Of a stretch of 64,000 nt of DNA, positions 35,287 through 47,518 are shown in pieces. Under the pieces are notes generated by a model. The model was not told where the DNA came from. It did not search any database and saw only the letters and a program-made list of their open reading frames with translations. This stretch comes from Trichosphaerium sp. ATCC 40318 (lineage: Eukaryota; Protista; Tubulinea). Each line of letters starts with the position of its first letter. Position 1 is the stretch's first letter. Location: NCBI GenBank assembly GCA_038496445.1, contig JALMLS010000596.1:124001-188000 (forward strand), written 5' to 3'. The translations under genes were made by a program, and so were the position numbers.

Positions 35287-36710
35287 TTAATATGCCGGTG
35301 CAGTAGTAAGAGGAACGTAGTTTTCTTCGTTTTGGTGAACAACCTAAGATGTGGGAATCAGTATGAGAAGCAGGGAAGGTTGAAGAAGACAATAGAAAAT
35401 AATTAAAAACAAGTAACGTACAACTGTTCTGTTGGTTTGCTTTGAGCTTCCTGCAACCGCACATGCACAAGCGCCACAACAACAACAAACGCAAATAATA
35501 ACAGGTAAACATACGCAAAAGATAATAACAGCAATCAAAACAACAGTGAATACTACAAGGGAGAACAAAGTTAGCAAAGTAAAAAAGTTGACTTTAAAAA
35601 AAAACCCAAGAAAACCAAGTACCAGCAACACTCATGCCAAGAAATTCCCATGGAATATCTATGCTAATCCCACAGCTATCAGAATCGTATTGAGTTACAC
35701 CTCTATCACAATCACATTCCTTTGATGTCATATTACAACCTCCATTATTCCAGCAGTCGTACTTACAAACATCTAACAATTGTCAATACAACGCGCAAAA
35801 AAAAGAAAGGTGTTCAATAGAGTTTCATCATTGACTCCCTTCACGTGCGGTACATTTCTTACACCTGCAGTTTTTGCAGTAAGTGATAAATGCCTACTAG
35901 CGGCATACCTATGCTTCGCTAGCGAACCATGAGCCAGACGTGACTAGAATAGCAGTCGGCTAAAATAATGCACCGCACGTGCAGCCAAAATGGGGTCAAC
36001 TGAGTTGTGTTCTTTTTCTTGACTTACCTTGGCATGTCCCAACGCAATAACGTATAGCATAGCTATACTTAGTATTGTGTTTCGCACTTACACCAACGTA
36101 ATACTCCCCAGTGCTATTCTCTTGTCTGTTCAAAGTAATTTTTGAGCTCAACGATACATAATCGTATGAGTCTTGGCTTGTGGTGTAAGAGTAATAGTAC
36201 TTTGGTGTACTATCGCTTTGTAGTAATGGTGTCTATATAAATAAGCATATAAACAAGATAAAAGAGAAGGAAGAAGTAGGAAAGAAGGAATACAAATCAA
36301 AACCGTTTTTTTTCGTTTTTCTTCTAAAAATCTCCAACTCTCTCGCTCTTTTTTAAACGTAGGAGTATCGCTTTGAGTTGAAAAAACGGTTTTCGGTCTA
36401 TATGACAGGGCGCGTGTCATGTGAATTTTTGGGAAAATAAAACGTACAGTTCTGACAACTTGTACTTCAAAGCGCTGTTGGTTTGTGCTTATTTTGTAGT
36501 AGTATATGGATTCAGAGTAACTCGAGGAAATGTTTCCTTTGACAAATACGTCTGGTGTTGTTAAAGAGGCGCTTGGTACTATTGGCGTAGTAGAAACGCG
36601 ATCAGTTACGCAAAGGACGCAAACAACGCATGCTATTCGTTAGTTAGCGTCTGTTATGTGTTAAACGTTATCGTACCTAGAGAGAGGACTAAGAGGTGCT
36701 GTATTGCCAT
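35287..36710 (-). CDS. Type I membrane protein: signal peptide, beta-rich ectodomain, EGF domain, TM with Cys-rich juxtamembrane segment
   Basis: MAIQHLLVLSLACVVCVLC...CKYDCWNNGGCNMTSKECDCD...C...VLIAVIIFCVCLPVIICVCCCCGACACAV...APAY*. Paralog of 56972-58209. Confidence 0.75.
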
Positions 36711-37435
36711 TTCGGACTGTTTTGATATGTTTTTATTTCACTTAAAATGATTTCATTACACATGACTTATATGATGTACTGGAAGTACATAAACAGATAA
36801 ACACAATGGTTGTACATGATAAACTGTTTTTTTTCTTGAACGATATCTTTTTAGTTCGTAAAATGACAAGAAAGGAATAACATCAAACAAACGTTTGGTG
36901 GATTGTTCGGAATGTCTCTTCTTGGAAAGTAAACTAATGACTTGCCATGGAGTCAGTGGTGCATGCTTAAGATATTTTAAAGAATGGTCCTTGTTAACAA
37001 AAGGAGAACAGAAGAAACGACTGGTTTTTTTTTTTATTGGCTTTCTGTATTCTTCCAAGTTCTATCCTTCAGTGTCTTTCTGTACTATTTCAAGTTACCC
37101 TCTGTTACAATCAATGAAATCAAAGAACGTTTTTACTTAAAATGTACATGTTTGTGGTTGTAGCAGCAATGCAAATCACTTTCATTTTTATAAAATACCG
37201 ACAATGGCATGGTCACATATTTCAATGTGAGTTTTTGTTTGTTTTCTCGAAGGTCTTTGGTCATACCTCCATCAAATAATCTTGAAGTGTTATATTTTTG
37301 AGATTGTAATAATCTACGTATAAATATCCGCCTGGGACACAGCCAAAAGGAAAGATAATGGTGAAAGTTTTTTATCTCATTTTTTTCTTAAAATGCTTGT
37401 TTGTTTGAACGTACCAAATAATAATTTTTTCGTAC

Positions 37436-37541
37436 CTGATTCTTTGTTTGCTGTAACAAGTACATCATATGTCTCGCCACTGTGTAAAATAAATCCTCCA
37501 GATGATAAACGTTTTGTAAAGTGTGAGTCACTTGCTATTAT
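37436..37541 (-). pseudogene. Relic exon of a multicopper oxidase (cupredoxin domain 2)
   Basis: AG/GT-bounded exon reading IIASDSHFTKRLSSGGFILHSGETYDVLVTANKES, resembling laccase IASDG...IHSGERYDVLV.ANQ. Neighbouring segments do not splice into an open frame. Confidence 0.45.
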
Positions 37542-37798
37542 CTAAGTACGTTAGCGAGAACATTGGGTAATTAACTGGAACGTGAGATTTATTTGTAAGT
37601 TAGATAGACATTGACTTTGCACTAAACAATTCTCTTTTACAAGCGAGTGACCAAAGAGCACTCACAGACGCGGGAAATATCATTGTGAGTAGGATTTGTG
37701 ATCACAGCAAGTAACTGCACAAAAATGGCAAGAATCCACTCATATTAGCCTAAATAACTGAAGATTGTTTATTTTAAGGTTAAAATGAGAAGTGAATG

Positions 37799-38460
37799 CT
37801 ATGAGCTACAACCAGTTTGTCCCAGATTGAAGTATATAGCTGCCGTCTCAGATCTCCAATCTTTTCCAATAGGTTCAAGAGAAAACCTTGATACAGAATC
37901 CAGTACCAGAATTATTGTTTGTAGATACAGTAACCTGTTTCCTACAAATACAATGAAACAACTCATATGTTCGCACTGTTCTAGATCCTGATCCTGTACT
38001 GTTTGCCTTAGGCATATTTGGTTTGCAGGTCCTGAAGAACCACTACAGCTTGTAGATATATCGAAGTTACCAAAGTACAGGTATTGAGTCGTTGAAGAAG
38101 CCCAGCTTACGTCACCTACAGAAATGTTGTAAAAAGTACTCGAGTAAAGACGCCACGAATAGCAAGGACCTAATTGATCACCTCCTTCACAATTACCATT
38201 TAGATGCGTGGTTCTAGTTGTACCGTATAAACCAGGCAACTTACCACGACTAAACTCAAAATTTTTTGGCACTTTACATCTGTAACTAATGAAAACACGT
38301 TAGTGACACGTGATCAACTTCGAACAAACCAAACCACACTCTTTACCTCAGAAAATAGTACGATACGAACAAATGTCAACAGGTACAGCAAGGAACCACG
38401 CCACTGCTGCCAGGGTATCCCTTTAACAGAGATATTACAGCAACATAGCGAGAGCTTGCG
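37799..38460 (-). pseudogene. Polysaccharide lyase family 14-like fragment
   Basis: YRCKVPKNFEFSRGKLPGLYG...CEGGDQLGPCYSWRL resembles PL14 F.F.KGGKLPGLYGG..CSGG....CFS.RLMWR. The remainder appears degraded. Confidence 0.5.
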
Positions 38461-38662
38461 GCACGTGGAACTAATAAGTTGTGGGTTGTAATTACCAAGG
38501 CATGCAAATAATTGCGATAGCATACATATCATCTGTATTCACACGTGTCATACACTTGCTTAATCGTTTTATCGTAGCATCACTTGTGGCTCAATGGGTT
38601 GAAAGGCTTCAAAATAAAAAAAGAAAATGCCAACAAGCAATTTATTTATAGTTTGCTTAACA

Positions 38663-39125
38663 CTAGCACTGAGATACCAAGTCACATACAACATGAATGT
38701 GGTTACTATATAGATACACTTGCTTATTCGCTTATTCACATTTATAGCGGGCTACGTGATCCACACTCACCATGAAACCAACAAAATTATTACATCTTCC
38801 AGCGCTAGGTGTTCTCTGATTGCATCGTTTACCACAGTTTTTCTTGCCTGATATGTGTTGATACTATACTTTAAAGTGAGTCTAAGTTGAACAGCGTAGA
38901 CAATGGAGAAGTGAGTACGTCATAATATTTCTTTGCAGGGCAAGATCCCCAACGGTCGGCACAAAAAGTTCCCGAACCTCCGGAAATTTTGTCGTACAGC
39001 CTTGAGCACCATTTGCCTATGCACGATTCTACCTCTTCGTCGTTTCCTGATACTGGACATGCGAACATAAAGACTACAAAAACAATAGCCAAGGATAGTG
39101 TCGGTATTAAAGAAAAGTTGCTCAT
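38663..39125 (-). CDS. Small secreted cationic cysteine-rich peptide (8 Cys in mature part), 3 exons
   Basis: Signal peptide, then NDEEVESCIGKWCSRLYDKISGGSGTFCADRWGSCPAKKYYD|YQHISGKKNCGKRCNQRTPSAGRCNNFVGFM|C*. The last exon is inferred. Confidence 0.6.
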
Positions 39126-40434
39126 TGTAAAGTGATAATAATTTTTTGAGTGAAAAGGTGTAGTGAGTTTTTCAAGAGTTTGTCCGATGTAATCCCTATT
39201 TCACATAACCACAAAACACGCGAAACTACACGACGCTACACGACACGATGTTTCACTACTATAATTATCCTTGTCGAGTCAACAAGTAGGTAAGTTACAA
39301 ACCCTAAGGCAAAGGTTGCCTGTTGAAATAAGCCGAAAGAGCTACAGCGAACAACTTCAGCTGTGTGTAAAGAATGTAACAATATCTGCAAAAAAGGTTG
39401 TTGTCTTATTGTAGCATGTGGAGTATGTAGTAATTTGGACATGCAAAAGAGACTAACGCCTATTTGAGCGCTATTAACCAATCTATTGTCAGCTTACAAT
39501 GGCATTGCTATTATTTATTTACATGATCTCAAAAGTAGTGAAGTTCTCTTTGTGGTGTGTGGTTTATCAAAAAATTATTGTTGACAAGAAAGTAGAAAAC
39601 GACAGTATGAACTTGTGAAACGACCTGTTTTTTTTTCCTATTTTTTGAGTAAATAATCCACTTCTTGTTGTCTAGAAAGAATGGTGTTATGCAGACACAA
39701 ATACAAAACTGTGACTTTGTCAAAGCATATCATTTAGAGCAATGCGGTGTCTAAGGTAAGAGTTTAGAAACCACAAAAAAAGGATTTTGGTTAAAACGTT
39801 GTGACAAGTACATTTTAGATTGTTATACTGGTCAGAACAGTAAGCTTATTATCATTGCTGTGTCGTGCTGGTGTATAAACGGTACATGTCTTCGGATCTG
39901 TGATGAAAGTTTCCTGTCGATGCAACAAATACTTTTGCAGCATTAAGAGTGGTGTTAACGTACATACCGTAACAAGAGTTGGCTTGGAATGTGCTAAAAA
40001 ACTCTAAACGAGGCCTTTTAACTGAAGACGACCCATAATATAGTCTATTGTCGCGTAGCGCTACTACTAACCACTACGCTATATAAAACGCATTAACACA
40101 TTCACTCTGGAGTATGGTGGAACCTTATTTACTTCGCCGGTGTAATTCGAGTACGAGCCATCGCTAGAAGCTGAAATTGCACTTTGTCTATAAATTGGTG
40201 GTGATTGCCGAGGTAATAAGCACAGGTGCTGTACACTGCCATATACAAGAGGATTAATAATCGCATGATAAATAAGATGACTGTTAACGTCAAGCGTCTT
40301 CTGTACAGCAACCCAACGTTACGTCTGCTGAGGGAACTATATCAATGCTTGCCGTGTTTTGGAGTGTTTTGGTTAAGTTTAGGTGTAAAGCGGCTTACTG
40401 TAAACGTACATCAACGCCCAATATACAATAGCGT

Positions 40435-41416
40435 ATGGGTTCAAAACCTAGCAGCAAACAAGCGAAATCAGCTCAAATCCCGAAAGAATACAAAGTTTAC
40501 ATTTTGGTGACTGGAAACTGCCGCCAAGGCAAGGTTTTTGTAAAAAAACTCAATGTACGGCATTAATACGCGAATTAACCAAATAGAATATATTTTTGTT
40601 CTTGACGAGCCTAAAGCATCTTATAACCTTCGCTTAGGATTTTCCATCTATAAGTGGTCAATATGAAGAGAAATTCCTTTGGTTTAAAGCCAGTGGGTAC
40701 CAAAAAAGTTGGAAAAAATTTCCAAAAAAAATTTAACTCTTTTTTTTTTAGGTATCGCAGCTTAAATGGTATGTCAAACCACGTGATAAAAATGTGTATT
40801 GTTTTAATGATATTAATTTGTTTTAAGATAACGTGCGGTCATGTATATTACAGCTAGAGCCGTTTGAGCTTGGGATTGATACTATACATTGTCAGGCAAG
40901 TTTTTTTTTCACCCATTTTGTTAAGCCAACACGGATGTTCATCAATCAATTGTGAAAACTATTCAATGACACTCTATTAATAGGTTGCAGAATACACACA
41001 ACCTTTTGAACCTTTGACCACATATCATAATAAATTATGCAGCAGAAATGGTGTAGTATTACTTTGTAGCTCAGAATCTCGAAAAGATTCTGTAGACTAT
41101 GTTACAAACCAGATTTCGGACTTTAAACGATATGGTATTTTAGGAGACAAGAAGAAGCCTATACTTGTATTAATTAAAAATTGGCATGATACCACTATTT
41201 GTGATGTATGTGTTAACGAAAAAGAGTGAATACTTTCCAATATCTAATCTATATTAGGAAATTGTTGCTATGTCAGATGACAAATGTGTCATCACAGTTT
41301 CTGTCTACAATGATGAATCAGATCTAAAACTATTATTGCAAAACCTCATAGAATCAGTTGTAGACGTATTAAAGGTTGAGGAGGAGATAAATGAAGGCAA
41401 GACTGAAGACGGATGA
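40435..41416 (+). CDS. N-myristoylated, degenerate Ras-superfamily-like protein (putative pseudo-GTPase), 6 exons
   Basis: Spliced MGSKPSS...EYKVYILVTGNCRQGKVFVKKL...NGVVLLCSSESRKDSVDYVTNQISDFKRY...KKPILVLIKN...LKLLLQNLIESV. Includes a 17-nt exon and a CAG|GCAAG GC-AG intron (40896-40983). Confidence 0.6.
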
Positions 41417-41715
41417 GATGTCACGTGGTTTTTTTTTGTTTGAAACGGTCTAAATTATCGATGGCTATTATGTGTATGATTAAACACTTCTTTCTTCTCA
41501 TTTTATTCGTAATTGAACAGTGGCGTTTTGTTCTACGCATCCATTTGTGTCAGGACCAAACCTTCCATTGAAATCGTAGTTGTCTACCTATGTCCGCCAT
41601 CTACAGGGTTATAGCCAATCAGGGATGTCCCATTTCGAGTTAAGTTGACATTCACAACATGTGTTAAGCGAACATAAAAGTCATAATTTTTGCACACTCG
41701 TACTCGCACGTTAGC

Positions 41716-44700
41716 ATGGCGGAGAGACCCAGTGGAGCTGTTCGTAAGCGTAAATTTGTACATTTATTGTCAAAGAGGGACAAAGAAACAAAAAAAGACA
41801 GGTATGCTCAAATACTAACCTCCAAGCATTATAAATCATAACGGCGTTGTTTAGCGAATTTTTGTTCTATTTTGTGTTGTAATTTGATGAAACTAACCCC
41901 AAACGCTAGTAAAAATACTGTAACCGCGGAAGAAAGACAAACCCTTCTTAAAGAAATCCGTAATTCAATTATTGGTAATGATCGCATTTTTACTGGTCCT
42001 TTTGGCAATAGAAAGGTAATTACAGCTTTATTACAAGCTTTACAGCCGTTTACAAAAAATATTTTTACACTTTTTCTCAATGGTTTGTAGATTTGCTACT
42101 GCGATTGGACGGCCTCAGGTAGAGCTCTTAGTTTTATAGAGGATTATATTAATACACAAGGTCCGTTGGACTTTCTTGTTCAGTGTGCAGAGCACGTGGG
42201 CGAGGTCATTTGAAACAACTTTTTTTCTACTTCGCCTAAAAAAATAGTGTTGCCTACATACGCCAATACGCATTCGACTTCTTCTGTTACTGGTTTTCAG
42301 ACAACTCTTTTCAGACATGAAGCAAGGCAACTCATTGCACAGGGGTGTAATGCTCGTAATGATAAGGATATAGTGCGTTTTTGATAATGAGCTGATGATG
42401 AAAGCTGGATTGTTTAATGAGGTATAGGTTTTATTCACTGGGAGTGGTGCCACAGCTGCGGTGAACCATATAGCGCGTACAATGAGAGTAGAGTACGTAG
42501 TATTAGTACAACTAATTGTTACTTATAAGGTTGTAACATAGAGATCGTGATTGTGTTGTTTTTGTTGGACCGTACGAGCATCATTCGAATATATTACCTT
42601 GGCGTGAAGCTGGGTGCACAGTTGTAAATATTGGCGAAGACGAAGATGGATTAGTTGATATTAAAGGACTTGAGGTACGTATTCATAGTACGGAGGTTAC
42701 AAAATACAAGCTAAAAGCAAAGCATTGTAGGATGCTTTAAAACAACATCAAGATAAAAAACTTAAAATTGGAAGTTTCACAGCAGTCAGTAATATAACAG
42801 GAATAATTACTGATACAGTGGAAATATCTATTTTACTACATAGATACGGAGCTCTGAGTTTTTGGGATTACGCAACAGCAGGTAATGCATCGGCAGAACA
42901 CAACTTTTTCAAAAAGAATTGACTGACTTTTTTCGTATTTAGCTCCTTATGTTGATGTTGACATGAACCCGATGATTACTGGTGATAATGGTAATCTCGC
43001 TTATAAAGATGCTATATTTATATCACCACATAAATTTGTTGGTGGCACAGGGACACCTGGTATTCTGATTGCTAAAAAAGTTTTATTTGATAAAAAAATA
43101 CCTCCGAAATGTCCTGGTGGAGGTACTGTAATGTATGTTACTGAAAAAGATCATAAGTATCTATCAAATAGACATGAAAGAGAGGAAGGTGGAACACCAG
43201 GTATGGGTTTTTAGAGGGTGTGCATGTTAATACTCACATGCTCTTTTTTTTTGTAGATATTATCGGTTCTATTCGTGCTGGCCTTGTTTTCCAGTTAAAA
43301 ACTGCAGTTGGTGCAAGTTTTATCCAAGGTGAGGTGTTATTAAGACTTTTTTGAATCACGTGTTAATCATGGCAACTTCGCTTTATGTAAATATCTACTT
43401 ACAGCTCTGTGAGCCGATATTTCTTTGATTTTTTCTGTACCTTTGTATTAACTTTTTTTTGTTGTAGAGAAAGAACGTCAGCATTACAATACATTCATTC
43501 AAAAACTCAATGGTAATCCTCGATTACATATCCTTGGACCACAAGATGCACCTAGATTACCTGTTCTATCATTTGTTGTATACCATCAATCAGGTAGACT
43601 TTTGCATTACAACTTTGTTAGTGCGCTTCTCAATGACTTGTTTGGTTAGTGGCTTCTCTATGTCTTTACTTCATTAATGAATACACAGGTATACAAACAA
43701 GAGGAGGATGTGTTTGCTCAGGCCCGTATGCCCATAGACTGCTAGGAATGAGCGTACCTTTAGCAAAGACTATCGGTCAAGAAATGGTTCTTCGAGATGA
43801 GAGTGACGTACTACGACCTGGATTTGTAAGTACTTTATTTGAATAAGTGTTAGTTTCTTTGGTGTGTCTTAACGATCGTTTCATTTAGACCCGGTTGAAC
43901 CTGAATTATTTCATGTCAGAGGAAGATGTTTCATTCGTAATTGATGCTGTTTCTTTTGTTGTTGATCATGGATACAAGTTCTTACCACAATATATGTTTC
44001 ATCCTACAACAAATGAGTGGGTACATAAACGTATGAAGTCATTCCCTTCTCGTCGTTGGTTGGGTGATATCAACTACAACGGAGGTAAGATGACGTACCC
44101 AGACAAGACGCTAGAGCCTTCTTCAGTGCCGACAAATTATAAAGGTATGTATACACTCACGTGTACTGTTCTGTCTTAATATACATGCTAGCATGCTTGG
44201 AAAGGGCTCATGAATTACTCAAAGATATCGCGGTGAATGACAAGAACGAATCAAGTTCACAACAACTTCTAGCTGATACCGTATGCTGCCTTTTTTCTTC
44301 AAACCTCTCGTTTATGTTCTTCCTTAGGCAGAAAAGTTGCGATGGTTTGTTTATCCTACAGAAGCATTCCTAGATTCTATTGTAATAGAAAACACATCTT
44401 CACATGCGTTCCAGGAGGTACGTAAGCTTCAAATGAGTACAACTGACAATTTAATACAGACATTTTCCAAAACATGTCCCTTTGTTCCTAAGCGATATGA
44501 GCTTAAATCTGCACGTGTCGCAACGTCTTCCAAACAAGTAGACTCTCCAAAGAAGACCAATAATACAATACCACCTGTTAATACCGCGCCAGAACCTTCA
44601 GAAGTAATCGTGTCTGACAAGAAAAGAAAACGTAAAAAGATTGCTAATATGAAATCAAAACTTGGAAGGAAGATAATGCTAGCAACACAAAAAGCTGTTC

Positions 44701-46052
44701 ATGATTTTAAAATGATAGAACCAGGTGACCGTATACTATTAGGATTATCAGGAGGTAAAGATTCTCTTTGCCTCTTACATATTTTCTTGGCTCTTCGTGT
44801 ACGTCCACGTGGTGAAATTGCATCGGGTTTTTTTTTTCATGTTTTTTTTTCAATCTCAGAGGCTAGCTCATTTACTTATTTATGTAGATGCGATCTAAAG
44901 CTAAATTCGATTTTGGTGTTGTCACAGGTACAGTACCATAAACTTTTTATCTTGAACGCAGTGCTTGGAGTTTGAAAAATCCGTTGAACTTCATTTTTTT
45001 GTAAAGAAGATTTTTCGCTTACGTTCCATGGTTAGTTGATCCACAAACGTCTTCGTATGATCCATCACCTCTCAAAATATACTTGAAGCAGTTTGATATA
45101 CCTTATTACTACGAATCACAAGGTATCATAAGGGTACGCTGATTAGAAAGCGAAAATACAAGTAGTTAATTGTTTGTACAGTGGGCACCAGATAGCAATC
45201 CTACATCGATATGTGGGTGGTGCTCGAGAATGAAACGGTACCATTTACATAGTTTATTCAATAGTTAAATGCGATAGGGGTACATTGTATGGTGTAGCAC
45301 GAAGAGAAGGTTACAATAAGTTGGCCTTAGTAAGTGACATTATTTGTTTTCTTCATTTTTTCTTATGTAACTCTTTCATCAAGGCGCAACACTTGGATGA
45401 CATGGCTGAGACTTTCCTTATGTATTCTTTCCGTAATGGTCGTTTAGATACAATGAAATCAATACTACGCCTCAAGTAAGTGATGATAGGAACTCAATTA
45501 AAACGGACTTACAGTACCAAATAGGGAAGGTGATTTGTCTGTTATACGACCTTTTTGCTACGTTAGAGAACGTGATTTAAAACACTTTGCAAGGGATAAT
45601 AACCTTCCAGTTATAACTGAAAACTGTCCAGCTTGTTTTGAAGAACCTAAAGAAAGAGAAAGATTGAAAGCATTGCTGAAACAGCAGGTGAGCTTGACAT
45701 TTTTATGAAGTGAACTTAACACGTTGTTAAGGAAGTTATCAATCCTGGTTTATTTATAAATTTATGCGCTGCTTTAAAGCCTTTAATGAGACCTGATATT
45801 GATCCACGTGCTCTTGGATTACTCACAGAAATGAATCTTGATCATACACTGTACATGCCAGATATAAAGAAAAAGAGTAAAAAAACCAATAGCAAAAGAA
45901 AGAGCGAACAAGCGAAATCATGTGATGTTAAGCTAGAAGATACAGTATTGGGTTCAGCACAAATATCTTCTTCACAGAGTCAAGTTGATTTAAAGGATAT
46001 TGACACCGAATTATTAATGAAAGAGTTGGAACGGAGGAGAAATTGTAAATGA
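41716..46052 (+). CDS. Class V PLP aminotransferase (cysteine desulfurase-like) fused to a TtcA-type tRNA 2-thiocytidine synthase (PP-loop) domain
   Basis: YCDWTASGR, FTGSGATAA, PYEHHSNILPW, WDYATA, FISPHKFVGG (PLP Lys), EEGGTP, QTRGGCVCSGPY; then GDRILLGLSGGKDS, SICGWCSRMKRG, AQHLDDMAET, VIRPF, ENCPACFEEPKER. Junctions stay in frame. Confidence 0.85.
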
Positions 46053-46154
46053 CCTCAAAAATAAAAAAAAATTCATGGCTATCGTCTTGTACGTCAATCA
46101 AATGGTTCTCCATATCTAGTTGATTACGTAATCGAAAACGCATGCGCCAGTTAA

Positions 46155-46579
46155 TACAATGACTCCAACCAAACCACCCTATTGGGCGAACAAGTGCGCA
46201 CACAAAGAATCCGTGCTTACTTCCCAGAGTGTGAAGACCTCTCCACTCGCTACTCACCAACCTACTACACCTGTGATTCTGGCGTTCGTATCTTGTGGGC
46301 TGAATTCTCTGTCAACCTCCTTACACAACCAGCTGTTCTCAACGTTGACATTGTTGGCACCCAATCATGTGAAGATATCCCTGAAGAAGTTGTCATCGGT
46401 GGTGTTGAACTTGCACATACGTATCTGACTGGTCTGATACCATCAAGACTTATCTCTTTGGTACTGATGGCATGAATCTCAGATTCGAAGTTAAACAGAC
46501 AAACCCAACAAACATTGCTTGTGAAGGTGCCTCTACAATCGATGACCTCGTCTTAACAAGTTTGGAAGCAGAAGTTTAA
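46155..46579 (+). pseudogene. 3' fragment of an unidentified gene with one apparent frameshift
   Basis: Coding-like codon bias; YNDSNQTTLLGEQVRTQRIRAYFPEC...VELAHT then a shifted frame DWSDTIKTYLFGTDG...LEAEV*. No start codon. Confidence 0.35.
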
Positions 46580-47351
46580 AGGTATTTGAGAAAAATTGCT
46601 AACGCAAAAGTAGAGTTTTGTTTCAATTTACAACAGCGTCACTGACTCAAACCTATACAAATCGTAGTTTCCTCAAACATACTTTCCTGATACATACCTT
46701 TTTTGGGGTCCATTAGCAAGTAAAAACTGCATTTTAGCAGTGACTAAAATAGCGACGTTATAATTATCGTTTTTGCTACTTTCCAATAGTCCATCTTTGG
46801 ATGAATTTTTGGTCGTACTACCATACAAAGATCTTTATAAAGTTGTGTAGCATATAGCCTCAAGTGTTAAAAACCTGGCGCAAAGAGTTCTTTTTTTCCA
46901 GTTGTGTTACTGCATGTAGAACACTGACAGCTGATGAATATTTTTGGGATAGTCCAGATTTGGACAAGTACAGTATGAGACGTTACAGGCTTTCAAGCCT
47001 GAAACGTTGGAGTTGGAATAACTTGGTGAAAAAAGTTAACCGATTAGTTTTGACACTTTCTTGGTTAGCTACAAATGATAGAGTATTATCATGACGTACT
47101 AGATTCTTGACCTTAGGGACGCAGCTATGAACATAGAGCTTTTTTTGGGAGGCCAGAATTCATGAAAAAGCGAGAACTGTATTTAGTCCGCAATGCTTCA
47201 CACAGTTTACAAAATTGAGCCGTTGGAAACAATACCACGTTTTTTTCGCTATGGTTCTTCAATCAGCGTCTACCAATAATAGTTGGAAGGTTAAGAAAAA
47301 AAATAAGACTACAGGACGTATTGAACAACATGAGACTGCCAGATACAAAAT

Positions 47352-47496
47352 TGTTATGCTGCAGAATAAAGTCAAAGCGTATTTATTTAGATTTACAGGA
47401 GTTACAAAAGGTACATATATATTTTATTTATTGTGGGATGCGTTTCTCTGAAATACTATTTGTTGAATAGTATTTACATGAAACACGTTCATAACA
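47352..47496 (-). repeat. 3' LTR (145 bp)
   Basis: tgttatgctg...gttcataaca, identical to 54096-54240; 7-bp terminal inverted repeat TGTTATG/CATAACA. Confidence 0.97.
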
Positions 47497-47509
47497 TTCC
47501 TCCCTGTTT
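47497..47509 (-). other. Polypurine tract
   Basis: Minus strand AAACAGGGAGGAA directly abuts the 3' LTR. Confidence 0.8.
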
Positions 47510-47518
47510 AGCTTGAAG

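Noticed and set aside
46600-47351. Host gene interrupted by the retrotransposon (with 54246-54480)
   Set aside because: Rejoined minus-strand flanks contain several stops in the frames I read and no recognisable motif; at most an old pseudogene.
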